Shown: positions 11,700 through 24,368 of the stretch, piece after piece
Layout: every line of letters starts with the position of its first letter
Numbering within the stretch: the stretch's first letter is position 1
Assembly (NCBI GenBank): GCA_900088475.1
Contig: FLMG01000971.1
Location: 54,597 to 118,596, forward strand
Direction: 5' to 3'
Length of the DNA stretch: 64,000 bases
From: Hyphochytrium catenoides
Lineage: Eukaryota > Protista > Hyphochytriomycota
Position numbers and translations under genes: made by a program
Notes under the pieces: model-generated
The model's database searches: none
Told to the model about the DNA's origin: nothing
Seen by the model: the letters and a program-made list of their open reading frames with translations, nothing else

Positions 11700-13710
11700 G
11701 CCACGGGATTGGCTGCAATAGTCCATACATTTATTAGGAAAGGTGAAGCGTTGTGGCTGGTGACAGCCGAAGTACCGACCAAGGCAGTTCCCATACAATC
11801 TTGGCACAGCGTCTGGAAGAGTGCAACCGATTGTCGCGCTTCTTCAGGAATGAATGAAGTCAAGATCCTCGTCTCGGAACGGCAAGAGGGAAGGGTTTTC
11901 ATACGTAGAACGTCTAGATGGTGAAGAATGGAAGGGAAAGCATGCCCGGCTACCAAGCTAGATTGGGCGGCAAAGCTGGAAAGCACAAGCTTACGGCCCT
12001 TGTGACAGTCTCTCGATTACGTCCAGCCTTGAAGCGTGGTGGCAAAAGGGCAAACTGGGGTCTGTCAGATGGCAAGCCACAGACTGTCCGTCCCACAGGC
12101 ATGTCTCCTGCTGCCTCATACCTCAGAAAGTATCTTGATACTCCTCCTTGTGCCCACCCGGCTCTCGGTTGAATGGCCGTAGATGATGGACAAGCAGTGG
12201 ATCCTGATGACGCGAAGGTTGGCGCACCCTTTCTGATGGAGTGATTGAGGTTTAAGCAGTTATTCCCCTTCTCGGCAGTTCTTCTGATACGTCTTGTTGT
12301 GCCAGGAGCCTTGTATGTAGCTCTCGCAAACGACCTTACTCCAAGTGTTTTCTGGAAAGAGCTTTTTCTGATTAGCAGAGAACGGGTTAGAGAGACACCG
12401 GTACCGAAGTAGTATGAGTGCTAGCATCGGGCAAACTGCTGGGGTTAGGAGGTTTGCGTAGATGTGTGTGGCGTCTCTAGACATCCAACACATTGGTCCT
12501 TCTTCATCATGTGTGCAAAATAAATGCGCAACGCATCTTCAGAGAACTCCATGCGATGTAGCATACAGCAAAGGCAAACGTCCATGCAAAAATAAAGTCC
12601 CGAGAGTTTGTCCAAGCATTTCCATGGAAGGAATTGTAATAACGCGAAGCACTTGATTCTGACGTGATTACGGAACTTCGACGTGTAGAGCATGAGGTCG
12701 TGATGACATCAATAAGGAGCTGCAGATTTGGAAGGTCTCTCATCCACAGTTGCCAGGGTCTCCCAGTTGAAGACTTTATGGATGACATTAAAGATCACTT
12801 CAACAAACTGTACATGTGGACTCTAAGGGCAGAGAAACAGGAAGGGTCAGAATGACGAAGTGCGCATGGCTATTAACATGGAGGACTTCGCTTCAGCTCT
12901 GGAGCCTCCAAAGGCGGTCACCCCCCTCTGCAAAGTTGATGTCGATGTGCTAAGGAGAGCAGGTTTCTCGCAGAAGTACATATCTCAGGGGGTCTCCCAT
13001 CAGCACAGCCATCTGAGCTTTAAGTATACAGCGGAAAGCTGGGTGTTGATGTAGTTCAGGGACTGGAGAATGGATGGATAAAAAAGAAGTTTGATTGAAG
13101 CGCACATCAGAGAACTTGTTGCTCGCTTTCTAAAGCTATCAGGGCAGAGTCAGACCCGTCTGCCCATTGAAGGAGTTTGGAATCGTTCTGCAAAAGGGTT
13201 GTCCATTCAGTTGGATGAGGTCTGAGCGACCAGCCATTCCCAAATAACTTCTTCACACGATTCCAAACTCAGTTTTTGGGGCAGCGCGGTAAGGAGACAA
13301 CAAATACCTATCAGCAGAAGATTTGAGCATGAAAGCCACCACGGGCTTAGCCTGGAGACGGAACTTGAGATTCTGGAAGAGCTGGAAGAAGCCACTGGGA
13401 GAAAGGCATTCTACCATAATGGCACCATTGCAAAGCATGATGTAAACATCGCTAAGAGTGGACTTAAGCTTGGACGGTACTACCCAACCAGCGACTTTAA
13501 TCAGGGCCTCTACCTCAGGAAGAATCTCCAAAAGGCCGTAAGACGCCTTTGCTGTATACAATAGGCATTTCAGAACAAACCTGGTGGCGAAGCTACTCTT
13601 CGACCCCTCAGGATTACGCATGCACAGTATGGGGTGACGGACCACTCTGATAGCAGCTAGCGACATTTCCCGTCGACCGAATCCATCTTCTTTATGTTCC
13701 ACAATGTAGC
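11700..13710 (+). pseudogene. Decayed coding sequence (gene or transposon relic), family unrecognised
   Basis: One + frame runs from about 12860 to 13700 with only a few isolated stops (TAG, TAA, TGA, TAG). Similar interrupted frames lie upstream (11918-12855). Confidence 0.4.
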
Positions 13711-14883
13711 GCCGTAGACTGCATCATTGCTCTTACCATTGACGAGAACATCAGCCCATCTATCACATTCCGCCGCTATCAAGGTGGTTCTTTTCTACTT
13801 CTTCCTTCTTCTTAGCCGAACAACGTAAGCTCCTCTGTCAACAAAGTAGGTTCATCTAGGCAGCTGACAAAACTTCGCCGGATACCAGTGGAGCTTCAAA
13901 CCTCATTTGGGACGACGATGGATGACAGCAACAACAGCCGCCTGCCATAACATCCGCTTGTCCCCTCTCCTCCCTCAGGAGACCACCGAGGATAGGAAGA
14001 ACGCTTCGCCTGATGGAGGTAGTTAGTCACCTTGATGATGGTGATTGTTTGAATCTCTGGCTGACCCTGTACTGCTGGCACTACTAAGGGGCCTCATACA
14101 ATCACCATCAAATCACACTGCGGGCTGCTCTTAGACGACGGCTAGCTGCTGCTGCTGCTGCTGGTGCTGCGTTCATCCTTGTTGCTCCGCAGCAGCCGTG
14201 ATGCTGATGATATGATGATAAACTGTCATGATCGGCAAAACGGTACTGGAGATTAACCACAAGACTAGTACACTGGAGACATACACTTCGTACAAGGGCC
14301 AGCCTCAAAGTGCGTGGAACATGTTAAACGTACACAGGAAGTCTGTACCTTGGGAGATATTCCGTATAGGTAGGATACTAGTCATGAATATAGGATCCCT
14401 ATTCCGAATCTTGCTACACTGATCGATGATGGACCGTTTTGGTGGTTTCAGGTTCTGACGGCTGGCATGGTGGGAGCTCGAGAAAGCGTCAGGCACAGGC
14501 GGTCAGTGGCGTCAGAAGAGCTCCAGCTGCTTGCTCTGTCCTCTTGCTGCTTCAGCACTATCACGGGAGATGTCCCATGTCAGCCTCTGCTCGATGAGCT
14601 CTCTTGAAGATAGTAAGAGGGGAGTCCTCTCTGAACTGGTAAAGGCGAGGAGCGGACTGTTCTTGCTACAAGTCGAGCTTTCGTTTCTTATTCTTGAAGT
14701 TAACATCGTCTTGAAGTTGAGAGGTAGCAAAGATGATAAGGCGGCCTACTACAGCTCACACTACGGGGGAAGTCTGGGAGCCGCTCCAGACGACCGGCTA
14801 GCCCATATATCAGAGAGGTTGGTGGGAGCTCGAGGCTCAAGGATGCTCGCACTTTCGGCGTTTGGGCATCAGTCGAGTCAAGG

Positions 14884-17819
14884 ATGAAGGTCCTTATAGT
14901 GGAAGGCTTCTCTTCCTATCCAGCAGGACGGAAGAGAGCCCGCACCTTTGAAAGTCATGTGCGAGAAGCTTTTCTCGAGCACGAAGCTGCTGACACCTCA
15001 TCACCAACGTTTAACGTGAGCCTAATCGTGGTGATAAAGTGCATCATGCTTGACACTCAATTATTATTTTCATGCTCGTTGTAGGTGGTGAGCAAAGACT
15101 CCTTGGACCCTTATTTATTTGATGGTTTTGACTCTGAGTTCAACGACCCCATCGCAATCAAGACCTTCCAGCAGCTTGACTTCGTCTTCATGGACGGAGA
15201 CAGCGATAACGTACCATGGCTGGACTCGTCCTACAAAGTACTTCCAAGCTGTCGCGGCCTGAGTCTAGTTTGTCCCACTTTGAGCCATTTGTCAATCTTT
15301 ACCTTTTCTCCTTGCGCACTTTCGCACGCCACTCTCCTAATCCTATTCCATTCATGGTTTTCTATACGCCGTCCTCTTCTCTTGGTATATCTTTTATGGT
15401 TTTCTGTACGCCGTCCTCTCCTCTTGGTATATCTTATATGTCTTTTCTTGCTATTGTCTGACACGTGTCTGCTGTTCTATTGTTGGATGGCCACATACCA
15501 CCGCAGGTCATGCTCTTTGTCAAAATGTGCATGCTCACAGATAAGTGCCTCTTCGCGGCTAGCTTTGGTTCCACAGCTCTGTGCTACGTATGCTCCACTG
15601 GGGGACAATACTTTCGAGTCCTTAACAAATGCCCTATGCGTGCCAGCGAGATAAGCACTAATCAGCTTAGCTTAGATGAAGGTGCCCACATAGACCCTTT
15701 CACGTTCTACCTCCACCGACCTTCTCTCAGTATCCGTGACCTCAACTTATAGCTCTCTCTTTTTCTTGACCCCGCCGGGCAATTTTTAAGTTAGACTAAC
15801 GTGACTGACCAACAGACGCGGGGCAGTGTGACGCGCTTCTGGACTCCGGGACCGGAGACATATACGTTGAGAATTCGGCAGGATGCTGGGTTCCTAGCGG
15901 TAATGTAGGCGTCTACTACTATCAGGGCAGGCAAGCGGCGAAGGACCATGGTCTTCCTACCAATAGTTCGAGACGTATGAAGATGCATGAGAAGACGGAA
16001 AATGTAGGAGCCAGAGACAGACATCGTTATTGTTCTCAAGAGTACTTATCGGGTATTTTTCCTTCGCAGCACACCATAGGGAAAGTTGGGGAGACCATAA
16101 GTCGTCTCAGAATCGAGAAGCTCAACCATTGGTGCAGTGAGGCGGTTCCTAGAAGGGAGTTCGTGGTCTGTTTTGCAGGTCGCTGGGACATTGACGAGAC
16201 GGTTAACGGCACCTCACATAATAGGTCAGGCGCATGCCAAGAGGCTATCAAGAAGCAGAGAATACCACTCGATCTGAGAGAGAACGGGGATTAGGGACAG
16301 AGGGTAGAGATCTGGCACTGATCTTCTAATGTCACAGACTTGAGGTTGTCATGGACTCAGAACGAGGGCCCTCCGTTTATGAGTACGGCAATTGCGCAGG
16401 CCTCCAGTTCCACGTCACAGAGAAGTATCCTGAGACCATGTAAGTGTTCGGCTGGGGTCAACTGTGGTCTCGTGGTTAGGTCTTTGGCTTCATCTAGTCC
16501 CTCCTCCGAAGTGCCTGCAAGATCGAAAGCTCTCATGCCAGATAATCAGCGCGTTCGTTTCAAAAAGCTTACCCATCAACAAAGGCTAAGCAGCTCTTTC
16601 GCATACTGTTTTACCTCAGAGCTGTCTTAAAGAGCTATGTCAAGACGAAAGTGCGCAGAATCATTGAGACTGGGGGCTTGGGGTCCGCTCGAGGTCTGAC
16701 GAACGGCACTGCCCGCTGCCTTGTCTTCCAGAATGCGCGGGGACGACGACCCAAGCCTTCAGAAACAGCTAAACTGGCCCGTCCTACTTCTACTCAGTTG
16801 CTATCTATAACACGCCAATATGGGGTACTGCAACTCCCAATCCATGGTCCTTTGCTCCACATTCGAGCCCTAACTTAGTGATCCACAGAAAAGAAGGTCA
16901 ACACCCGTTTCAGTTGGACACACTTGTCCAGAGGTTAATGAAGGTGAACACAATGCGGAGAGGCAAAAGTGTAGCCCAGATATTAGTGCTCGAAAGAGCA
17001 GTAAGCATGCGTGGAGTGAAAGTCAGGACCGACCATCAGTCAATGCCGAGCCTCTAAAGCAGTAAGTTGTTACATCTATAGCCAGTAGTTTCGCCTCATG
17101 ATCAACGGCATGTGCCAGGGTGCAAGCGAGGTCCACTAGGGCCGTGCGCAATGGTATTACTTCTGCCAAAGACTCTCCAAAGGTACGAGCGCTCCACACC
17201 CAGGGAAAGGAGCCTCTTCGTTCTCCATCACCTCCTGGCTATTACTTCTACCGTCCGTTTGTCCTACAGCCGTCTATCAGTAGCTCTTAACAAATCCCCT
17301 TCCCTCCGCCCCTCCATTCGCCGTCGTCAGGGCGTCGTAATCCTTAACCCTGGCGGTAGTCGGCCCAAGCCATTCAATAACTATAAGACACTTCTTCAGC
17401 GAAACATGGAGGAGGCAGCCACAGAAGACGACGGGGTATACACAGGGTCCGTAGATGGTCCCTACCTCACCTACTATGAGAAGGAAAAACTCGAGTATCA
17501 GGTGGGCACCCTTGCCTTTTTCTTCAGCTTTTCCACCAATATTGGTCACGTGAATCTCAACCCATACGTATGCTTGTTTCGTCAGCTCCTTCGCATTGGA
17601 TGACACAGAAAGTCTAACCTTGCTGCTCTTCAGATTTCCAAGGCACATTGGGTAGATAGCAAGCCATTCAACGCTATGATTGGACGAGCTAGCACTCAGT
17701 TGCCCGCGCAGGCCAACGTTATACGAGCCAGCGGACCATTCATGGACTCCACACCCCAATTCCGAGAGAAGTATGACAAGAACAAACAGATTGACAAAAC
17801 AAAGCCTTTCCGGGTTTAA
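14884..17819 (+). CDS. Class I glutamine amidotransferase-like fold protein, multi-exon, likely non-catalytic
   Basis: Exons join in frame: MKVLIVEGFSSY..., LDFVFMDGDSDNVPW, KCLFAASFGSTAL (nucleophile-elbow-like) and YEYGNCAGLQFHVTE (GxQFHPE-like). A low-complexity tail ends ...KTKPFRV* at 17819. Confidence 0.7.
15354..15437. repeat. 42-bp intronic tandem duplication (x2, near-identical)
   Basis: ATGGTTTTCT(A/G)TACGCCGTCCTCT(T/C)CTCTTGGTATATCTT.. occurs twice in intron 2. Confidence 0.9.
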
Positions 17820-18327
17820 GCCACATTTGTGTGGCTCAAGGTGGGGAGTTCTCTTGCACTGGGCTTTGGCCAGGCCTATCTGTCGACGCCAGGATGTACT
17901 CAATGTAGGACTTCCTACCTGAAGACGATCAGAAAAGTGGGAAACTGACACATCCGCGACAGAATCAGAACCGCATGCAAAATAACCTGCCTAATATTAT
18001 CCTTTTCAGCTAATGGGATGTATGTATCGTTCCCAGAATCGGAAGTGCGTGAACAGTCTTCCAAGCTCGATGACCGCTAAGTTTCCTTTTGCCTGGTATA
18101 TCCAGCTGGATGCAGCCCTCGAGCCGAGTGAAGGCCATGAATAACGTTAGAAAGACTGTAGACTCAACTCTACAAAGGAAATTTGATAACCCTCGTCGCT
18201 GCCATCCGAGGGGCACAGAGTGTGTTTGCAAGGGTCATGCCGAGAAGTATCACACTTGTCGGGAAACCGCAATCAGATGAAAGCGGCATGGTCCATCCTG
18301 TAGGCTTCTTCGTCCACAGCTCGTCCT

Positions 18328-18708
18328 TCAAAAATCAACACAACGTCCTTTTCTCTCCCAATCGCCGTATCGAGTAGGTTCGGGGAGACGACCACCTCGA
18401 GTAGGGCCATTCCACTCAGGGCCTGAAGGGCCGTCGACGATCATAACCTCCATCTCATCGTCGCTGTCTTCATCATCGGCTGCATCACCGCACTGTTCGG
18501 GTGCCGGTGGCTTTTCCTTATTGTTGAGTTGCTCTGATGCATGGTAGTCTCGGCTCAATAGAGCTGGTGACAACATCTGCTGATAGAAAATAGGGAGACA
18601 CTTGCTAGCCTTCGAGGAAGCGCCGCTGGGTAGTAGGGAAGATATTGAGGCAGGAACAATTCCTCTAGTGGCCCCAGGAACCACCTTTAAGCAAGCCTGC
18701 AGAGCCAT
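18328..18708 (-). CDS. SDHAF4: Succinate dehydrogenase assembly factor 4 (DUF1674/Sdh8), mitochondrial
   Basis: C-terminal signature GPEWNGPTRGGRLPEPTRYGDWERKGRCVDF. The N-terminus resembles a mitochondrial presequence. Confidence 0.95.
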   Translation of the reverse strand: MALQACLKVVPGATRGIVPASISSLLPSGASSKASKCLPIFYQQMLSPALLSRDYHASEQLNNKEKPPAPEQCGDAADDEDSDDEMEVMIVDGPSGPEWNGPTRGGRLPEPTRYGDWERKGRCVDF

Positions 18709-19422
18709 TGTAACGCCTTTTCAGCTTGGACGATCTGCTGCACCGAGGGAGCAGCTTCTCCAGCAACGGAAGAGAGAGCAACTTCTTGGCAAAGGACACG
18801 CCTTCACACTGAACGAAGAAGAATGTGACGGAGCAGGGAAACTGCTTTCTGGGACACCACGGAGTCCATCATGCCAACACGGCAACGCTTTCTGAAGAAG
18901 AGACAAAGTGATCGTCAGACACAGAGATCACTCTTCTGGCTCGCTTGCTCTGTGATGATGTCACATGAATAGCGTAGCGCTATGTTTTGATGAGAACACA
19001 CCATGGCACACAGAAAAGTTCAATCACAAATCGAGGCTTCTTCTCCGGTCTAGTTCTCCATAAGTGTGCTTTTCATTCAAGATCAATCTCAGAACGGGAA
19101 GCGGAATACAACAGGAACGAACAGGCTCTAGAACGACAACGTACGAGTTAAAACCCCGTTTTGGCGCGAGATTCGTGTGTTCAAGTGCAGAAATGTGGAG
19201 TCTGTCGTCTTCCAGCTGTAGAATAAGGAACTTCTGATTTCTGAAGCTTCAGCCGCCCGTGGACCTCAAGACGTTCCGCTTGTGCTCCGTTAAGGGGTCT
19301 GTTTGGATCAAGCCGCTGCTGTCCTGGTATTCCTTTGCTATGATGGGATGAGCTGGACGGTGTCTTCAGAGTTTGACGCAGGAAGATTGAGGACAGGTGG
19401 TCTCTGAGTGTGTGAGGACTTC

Positions 19423-21327
19423 ATGTCGATGGGGGAGATGGATAACAAGCTTCTTGTGGGGGTAGACGCTAAGAAGGAAGGCTGTGGCTTCGAATGTCCT
19501 GTGGCGCAATGTCAATCAACGAAGCCCGGCCAGTTCCTTCATCTAGAGCCACTCATCGTTGATTCCAGTGGGAAGCTTGTAGTCGACCGACTGACAAAGG
19601 GTCTGCATTCAAACCATAGCTCCTACAAAGGATATGCTGACACAAGGGTCTTCTTTCGCTGGTAGCATGAACTAACCCCGCATCTATCTGCTCCAAGTGA
19701 AGTCTCACTCCCCGTCCTTTCGTATTGACAGCGGGGATTGCTTGAGCGTCCTTACACCCTGCGAAGCTTGTTTCAAGTTGCAGCAGGTTGTCGTCGTCAA
19801 TGCCTTGTATGCGCTTTCAAGCACGGAGCCAGACTCCGATCCGGATGAGGAGGGTCTCATGGTTTGCGCATTTTGCGGATATCTTAACGTTATCAGCGTG
19901 TACATGGATGCTCTACTGGATGCTCACCTTCATAAGCCTTTTACGTGGGGCCACGTACAGGTTAGATACAGCTAGTTGATCCAAGGGTGCAATATGGGAT
20001 GTCCATTGCGATCGATTCTTCCACTCGTCTCTCACGGACCTCGTTCTAATTGCACCTTAGCGGACCATTCAGCACATGTCAAATCCGAAGCATTACATGG
20101 CGCAAATCAAAGGCGAGTACGAAGAAGCTGTGAACTCCATCAAAGCCATCCGAGCAGAGCTTCAGGGTATGTAAGCAAGCTGTCCTTTGCAACTCTGTTG
20201 CGTTGGTATAAGTTGGTATCTGCTTTCCCTCTCCTACCCCTCCTGTTGAACTGAGCCGTGTTTATCTAGCAGGCACCAATGATGGGTTCTCAGCAGAAGG
20301 CGAATATGCATTAGGAAGGAAAAGGAAAAGGACGCAACCCAGTTCCACTAACTCCGGTGCCTTACGGGTACTACACTAGTGTACTTACTCCTATGTTTGG
20401 CTATGGCACCCAGTTCCGCCGCGGCTTAGAATTGCCGCTGCTCACCACTCTCTTTGACATAAATCCTTGCTCAGAGCGGTGACTTCCCCTCTACTAATAC
20501 GGACCAGGGTTTAGGAATAATCAACTTAGTTGCACATCTCTCTTTCGCCCCTGACAGGCAGAGCTCACGGCCCTCGAAAGCGTAGCGAATACGGCGTCAA
20601 TGATGATGAAGGAGCTTCACGATCCAAATGAGCGAAGGGCGGACTACGCGCTGATGTGTCATCGCAATCGTGCGTCTGAGCTATTTCCCTTCACCCAGCA
20701 TCATATGAACATGCTGAAAGCAGTCTGGCTTGATCCTCCTACGTCCGGATCGTCACATGATCTTATGGTGGGAAAGACTTTCGTAAAGGGTTACAGCACC
20801 GACCCCTTGCTGACGTTGCTTTTGCTTTCTGCCTCTCTTGGATGGCTCGTCTTCTAACAGGAGCTCTGGAACCTAATTCGACAATTCCTTGAGCAGCAAG
20901 AAAGCATACTAGACGTTAGGCACCAGGTCTATGAAGACCTGCGAGCCTTAAGGCTCTATCAAAAGGAGCTGCCTGGACTGTCAAACGAGGTAGCAGGTTT
21001 CTTTCGGCTGCTTGGTGGCATGAAGCTAAGCTGTTCTTGTCTGTTCCCTCTCTCTAGCGTTCTAATGTCATCCAATCATTATTGGCCGAACGATTTCTGG
21101 CCTCGGACTCAATCTATGATGAGTACTGCCAACATTACCTACCAATGTTAGAGAAGGTTAACGGCCTTCTTCGACATGACATTCACAGGTACACGGAGAT
21201 AGTAAAGTCTGATGAGGGCAACATACGGTCGGGCCAGCAGCTCCTTGCTGCCTTGAGAGAGAGAATTTATTTGTTAAGACGGCTTGCACTCTCGATCTCC
21301 TATCATTGCATCCCTCAATCATCATAA
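19423..21327 (+). CDS. Hypothetical protein with N-terminal Cys-rich (CxxC) zinc-binding region, basic NLS-like motif and helical C-terminus, multi-exon
   Basis: Seven exons join in frame through GT-AG introns. Motifs are CPVAQC, CGDC, CEAC, CAFC and GRKRKR. TAA at 21327. Confidence 0.7.
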
Positions 21328-21404
21328 GCCAATAGATTTTTTCTGCCAGGTCCAAAGATGTAGGGTTGCTGTTGCCTCGGCCTTGCCCACTTGAAGCTAA
21401 TCCC

Positions 21405-23133
21405 CTAAGCCTTATACTGTAAGTTATAGATATCCTTGCGCTTCTGGGTGGAGGTTGGGATGTTTCGTCTGTTGCGGCGGTCAGTACAGAGAGAGTGGTC
21501 GGTCAAAAGCGGGACACCGGGAAGAACCGAGCGACGGGCCCCAAGCCTTACCGCATTTCTTCCACTTTGTCAACCGAGAGATCTCCAACGAGTACGTCAG
21601 GTTCATGGGCGGTAGTAAGCATTACTTCTCCCCACGGACTGACGAGGGTAGAATGACCCCAAGCCTGGTGATCAGGAGTTAAGGACAACTTATGCCCAAT
21701 TCATGATAGGCCCGGTAATCATCATAGAGAAGCGCGGGAAGCAAAGGCACTTCTTGTAACATTGAGGAATGATGATGAGGTACTAGACTAGCGGCAGGGA
21801 AACTGAGAGGGGAGTTGGATATATAGCTGCTGTTTGGGCAACGTGCAGGGGAGACTGTAGCGACATAAAGCTGGTTATCCACAGCTCGGGCCCTCTGTAA
21901 CAACTCCCAGTGCGCTGGTCCAGTCGTCATATTGAAGGCTCCGGGGTACACCAAGAGGTTCGCTCCTTTCTCCCTCATGATCATTGCTAGCTCGGGAAAA
22001 CGAATATCGTAACAGATTCCAACGCCAACCTTTCCGAACGGAGTATCGAAAACTGTGACACTGGGGACGCAGCCATTAGGTAAATCCGAAGTCAATCAGC
22101 GCCAAACGTTAGTCGCGACAGCCAAGATTTTTCACGTCGCCGTCCTCCCGGTGAAGCAACCCAACTAGGCTTGGCTAGCGGTGGCCCGCTTTCTCTTTTC
22201 CCTACCTCTTTCCACCAGTTAAGGTGTCAGACTCCTTGAACGTGATCTTGCCTGGAACGTCGATATCGAAGAGATGGACCTTGCGATGCTTCCCCAATAT
22301 CTCACCCTTCGGGCTTACGATCACACAAGTATTATAGATGTTCTCGCCTTCCCTTTCAGGAATAGAGCCTAGCCATAGATACAGGGTGTAGCTGTCAGTT
22401 ACCAAAAGATACACTTCACTTGAGCTCTTCATCGCCCTCAGACACTTACCGCCAATAAGAAAAATACGGTGCTCTTTAGCAGCTTCAATCAGCATGTAGG
22501 TTGAAGGATTTTGGGACTCATTCACTTTAGACGCATCCTTCAAACCAAGCAAAAGAATGAGAGGCCGTTAGTAGGAACCCGTGCGTCGTGCTCGGGAGAC
22601 CTGGCCTACCATGGGAATCTCCTCAGCGTACTGAGGAAAGGAAGATGTAGCATAGGGACTGTCATGTGGATTATATCAGTGGAGAGCAGCTTTTCTCTGC
22701 ATTCGATGGCCCGTCTACCTGTTCCAGCATTCAGGAAGGGATATTAGCTCTGCCCCCTTGGACACTGCAGTGTCAATGGCTTGTCGCGCAGTGCGGATGT
22801 TGGTAGGTTTGTCCTGCAATAGGTGAGCCGAGTTAGCTCTTATAAAGCACCATAGCAAGGAAAGTGAGTGTCGTGCCTTACCTCCCCAACCAGGATCTGG
22901 CAGAGTCCAATCTTCATTTTCGCGCCTGATTGTGTGGCAAGAGGTCGTGCTGTAGGAGGCGCTAGCTTGATAGTAGAGCCAGCTGAGAATATGCAAGTGC
23001 AAATCTGGGAAGAGTTAATAGGCGCTCTTATAGCGTTAAAGGACTTTCTGGGTAATGAAAGGGCCGAGGGACAGGCTGCACTGCCGAGCAATCGTGAAGT
23101 GGTTAGTCTTAGGGATCGGGTCAATGCAGCCAT
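21405..23133 (-). CDS. NIT2: Omega-amidase NIT2 (nitrilase family) with organellar presequence
   Basis: Catalytic E-K-C motifs [29 protein letters not shown] and [10 protein letters not shown]. Also [26 protein letters not shown] and SYQAWGHS, ending [20 protein letters not shown]. Confidence 0.95.
21668..21822 (-). other. U12-type (minor spliceosome) AT-AC intron in NIT2
   Basis: The sense strand reads ...AGC AGC TAT|ATATCCAAC...GTCCTTAACTCCTGATCAC|CAG GCT TGG GGT CAT. Removal gives the conserved SSYQAWGHS. Branch motif TCCTTAAC ends 10 nt before the 3' junction. Confidence 0.85.
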
Positions 23134-24368
23134 GAACACCCGAAAAGGTTGTTCTAGGTCTCAGCTAGCTATGGCTCGAAGGAACAGGTCACTGCGCGGT
23201 TTGACTACCCTTAATGCCAGAAGGTGTACTTGTACAAGGTAAGATGGTCCGAAGCTGCCGCTCTCTAGCGTCAGGAACTGTTTGAGCGATGACGATCAGT
23301 GGCGAGGCTGGAAGAAGAGCAACAACAGGAAATCCTCAGTAGCTCCCAAGAACTGTCATCAAAGGTTCAACAAGTGCGAGTGACACTGTAATCTTGCGGC
23401 AGTAATCATAGTTTATGGCAATCGGTAACTTCACTTCAAACAAAGGCCTTTAGGGAACACGGAACAAAGACAAAGACACCCTAGCCCTTTTATGGCTTGG
23501 AAGGTTTCAAAGGCCTTACTTGGAGTAGAACTTGAAAGCTTCTTAGGGTAGCGTCCTCCACCATAACAAAACAATGACTTCTACCTCACCCGTGCTATCT
23601 GGAGAGTATCATCACCATCGGATACCTACCACTAGCCGCCTAATAAAGCCATGATCATCGATCATCGGAGTCTCGAGAACGCTGCATATCATCGACCTCA
23701 GAAGAGCTGTGTCCTACTGCCTTTGTCACAGTCTCAAGCATCTCAACACTGTAACCACCACCCTGGACAAGCACAGGCGTGGATGAAACCTCAACTGATC
23801 ATCCTGTCCTTTTATGTTTGCTGTCAATTGCCCGTACTCCTTCCCCAGTGCATTCGTTCATCCCCACTGAAGCAACTGGCTGTTGCCTTGATTCTTCTTG
23901 CCTGGAGTCTTCAGAGTTGGCAGAAAATTGTTGTTCTGCGTCGTCTCGGTAGCCAGGCGCAATATCTTCTACAGGCCGGCATCTCCAAGCTTCTTAGTAG
24001 TACACTCGGAACCCTTACAGTCAAAGGGAAGCACCCAGTTGAAGATTTTACGATTGGGGAGCAGTGTCATTGGTCAGTTTAGTTAGTTACCACCATTTTG
24101 CCACCTTCTTACCAGAATCCGTCAACGAGTTTAGTCATCTCATCCTTGTCAACTGTAACTCATCGCTCTTCAAAATAGAGATCACAGAAGTATTACTGCT
24201 CCTTGGATAAGAAAAGTAGTCATGATGTTTGTCGATGCAAGAAGAAAGCAAGACAAGAACTAAGCTTATGGGCTAACTTGTCCTCTTGGTCAAAAGGTGG
24301 CGATGGGCATCGCTATTATTGACATCAGAGTAATTCTACTGATCGATATAGAGAAAGAGTGGTCCAGA

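Noticed and set aside
12500-13710. Possible reassigned genetic code (TAA/TAG=Gln or TGA=Trp) suggested by in-frame stops here and at 31359
   Set aside because: Intact conserved genes in the window terminate at TAA, TAG and TGA and have no internal stops. The stops are confined to relics.
21665-21783. Canonical GT-AG alternative for the NIT2 intron
   Set aside because: The nearest in-phase GT donor would put 13 extra residues into the conserved SY-x-AWGHS motif in place of one. The AT-AC model restores the motif exactly and has a U12 branch site.
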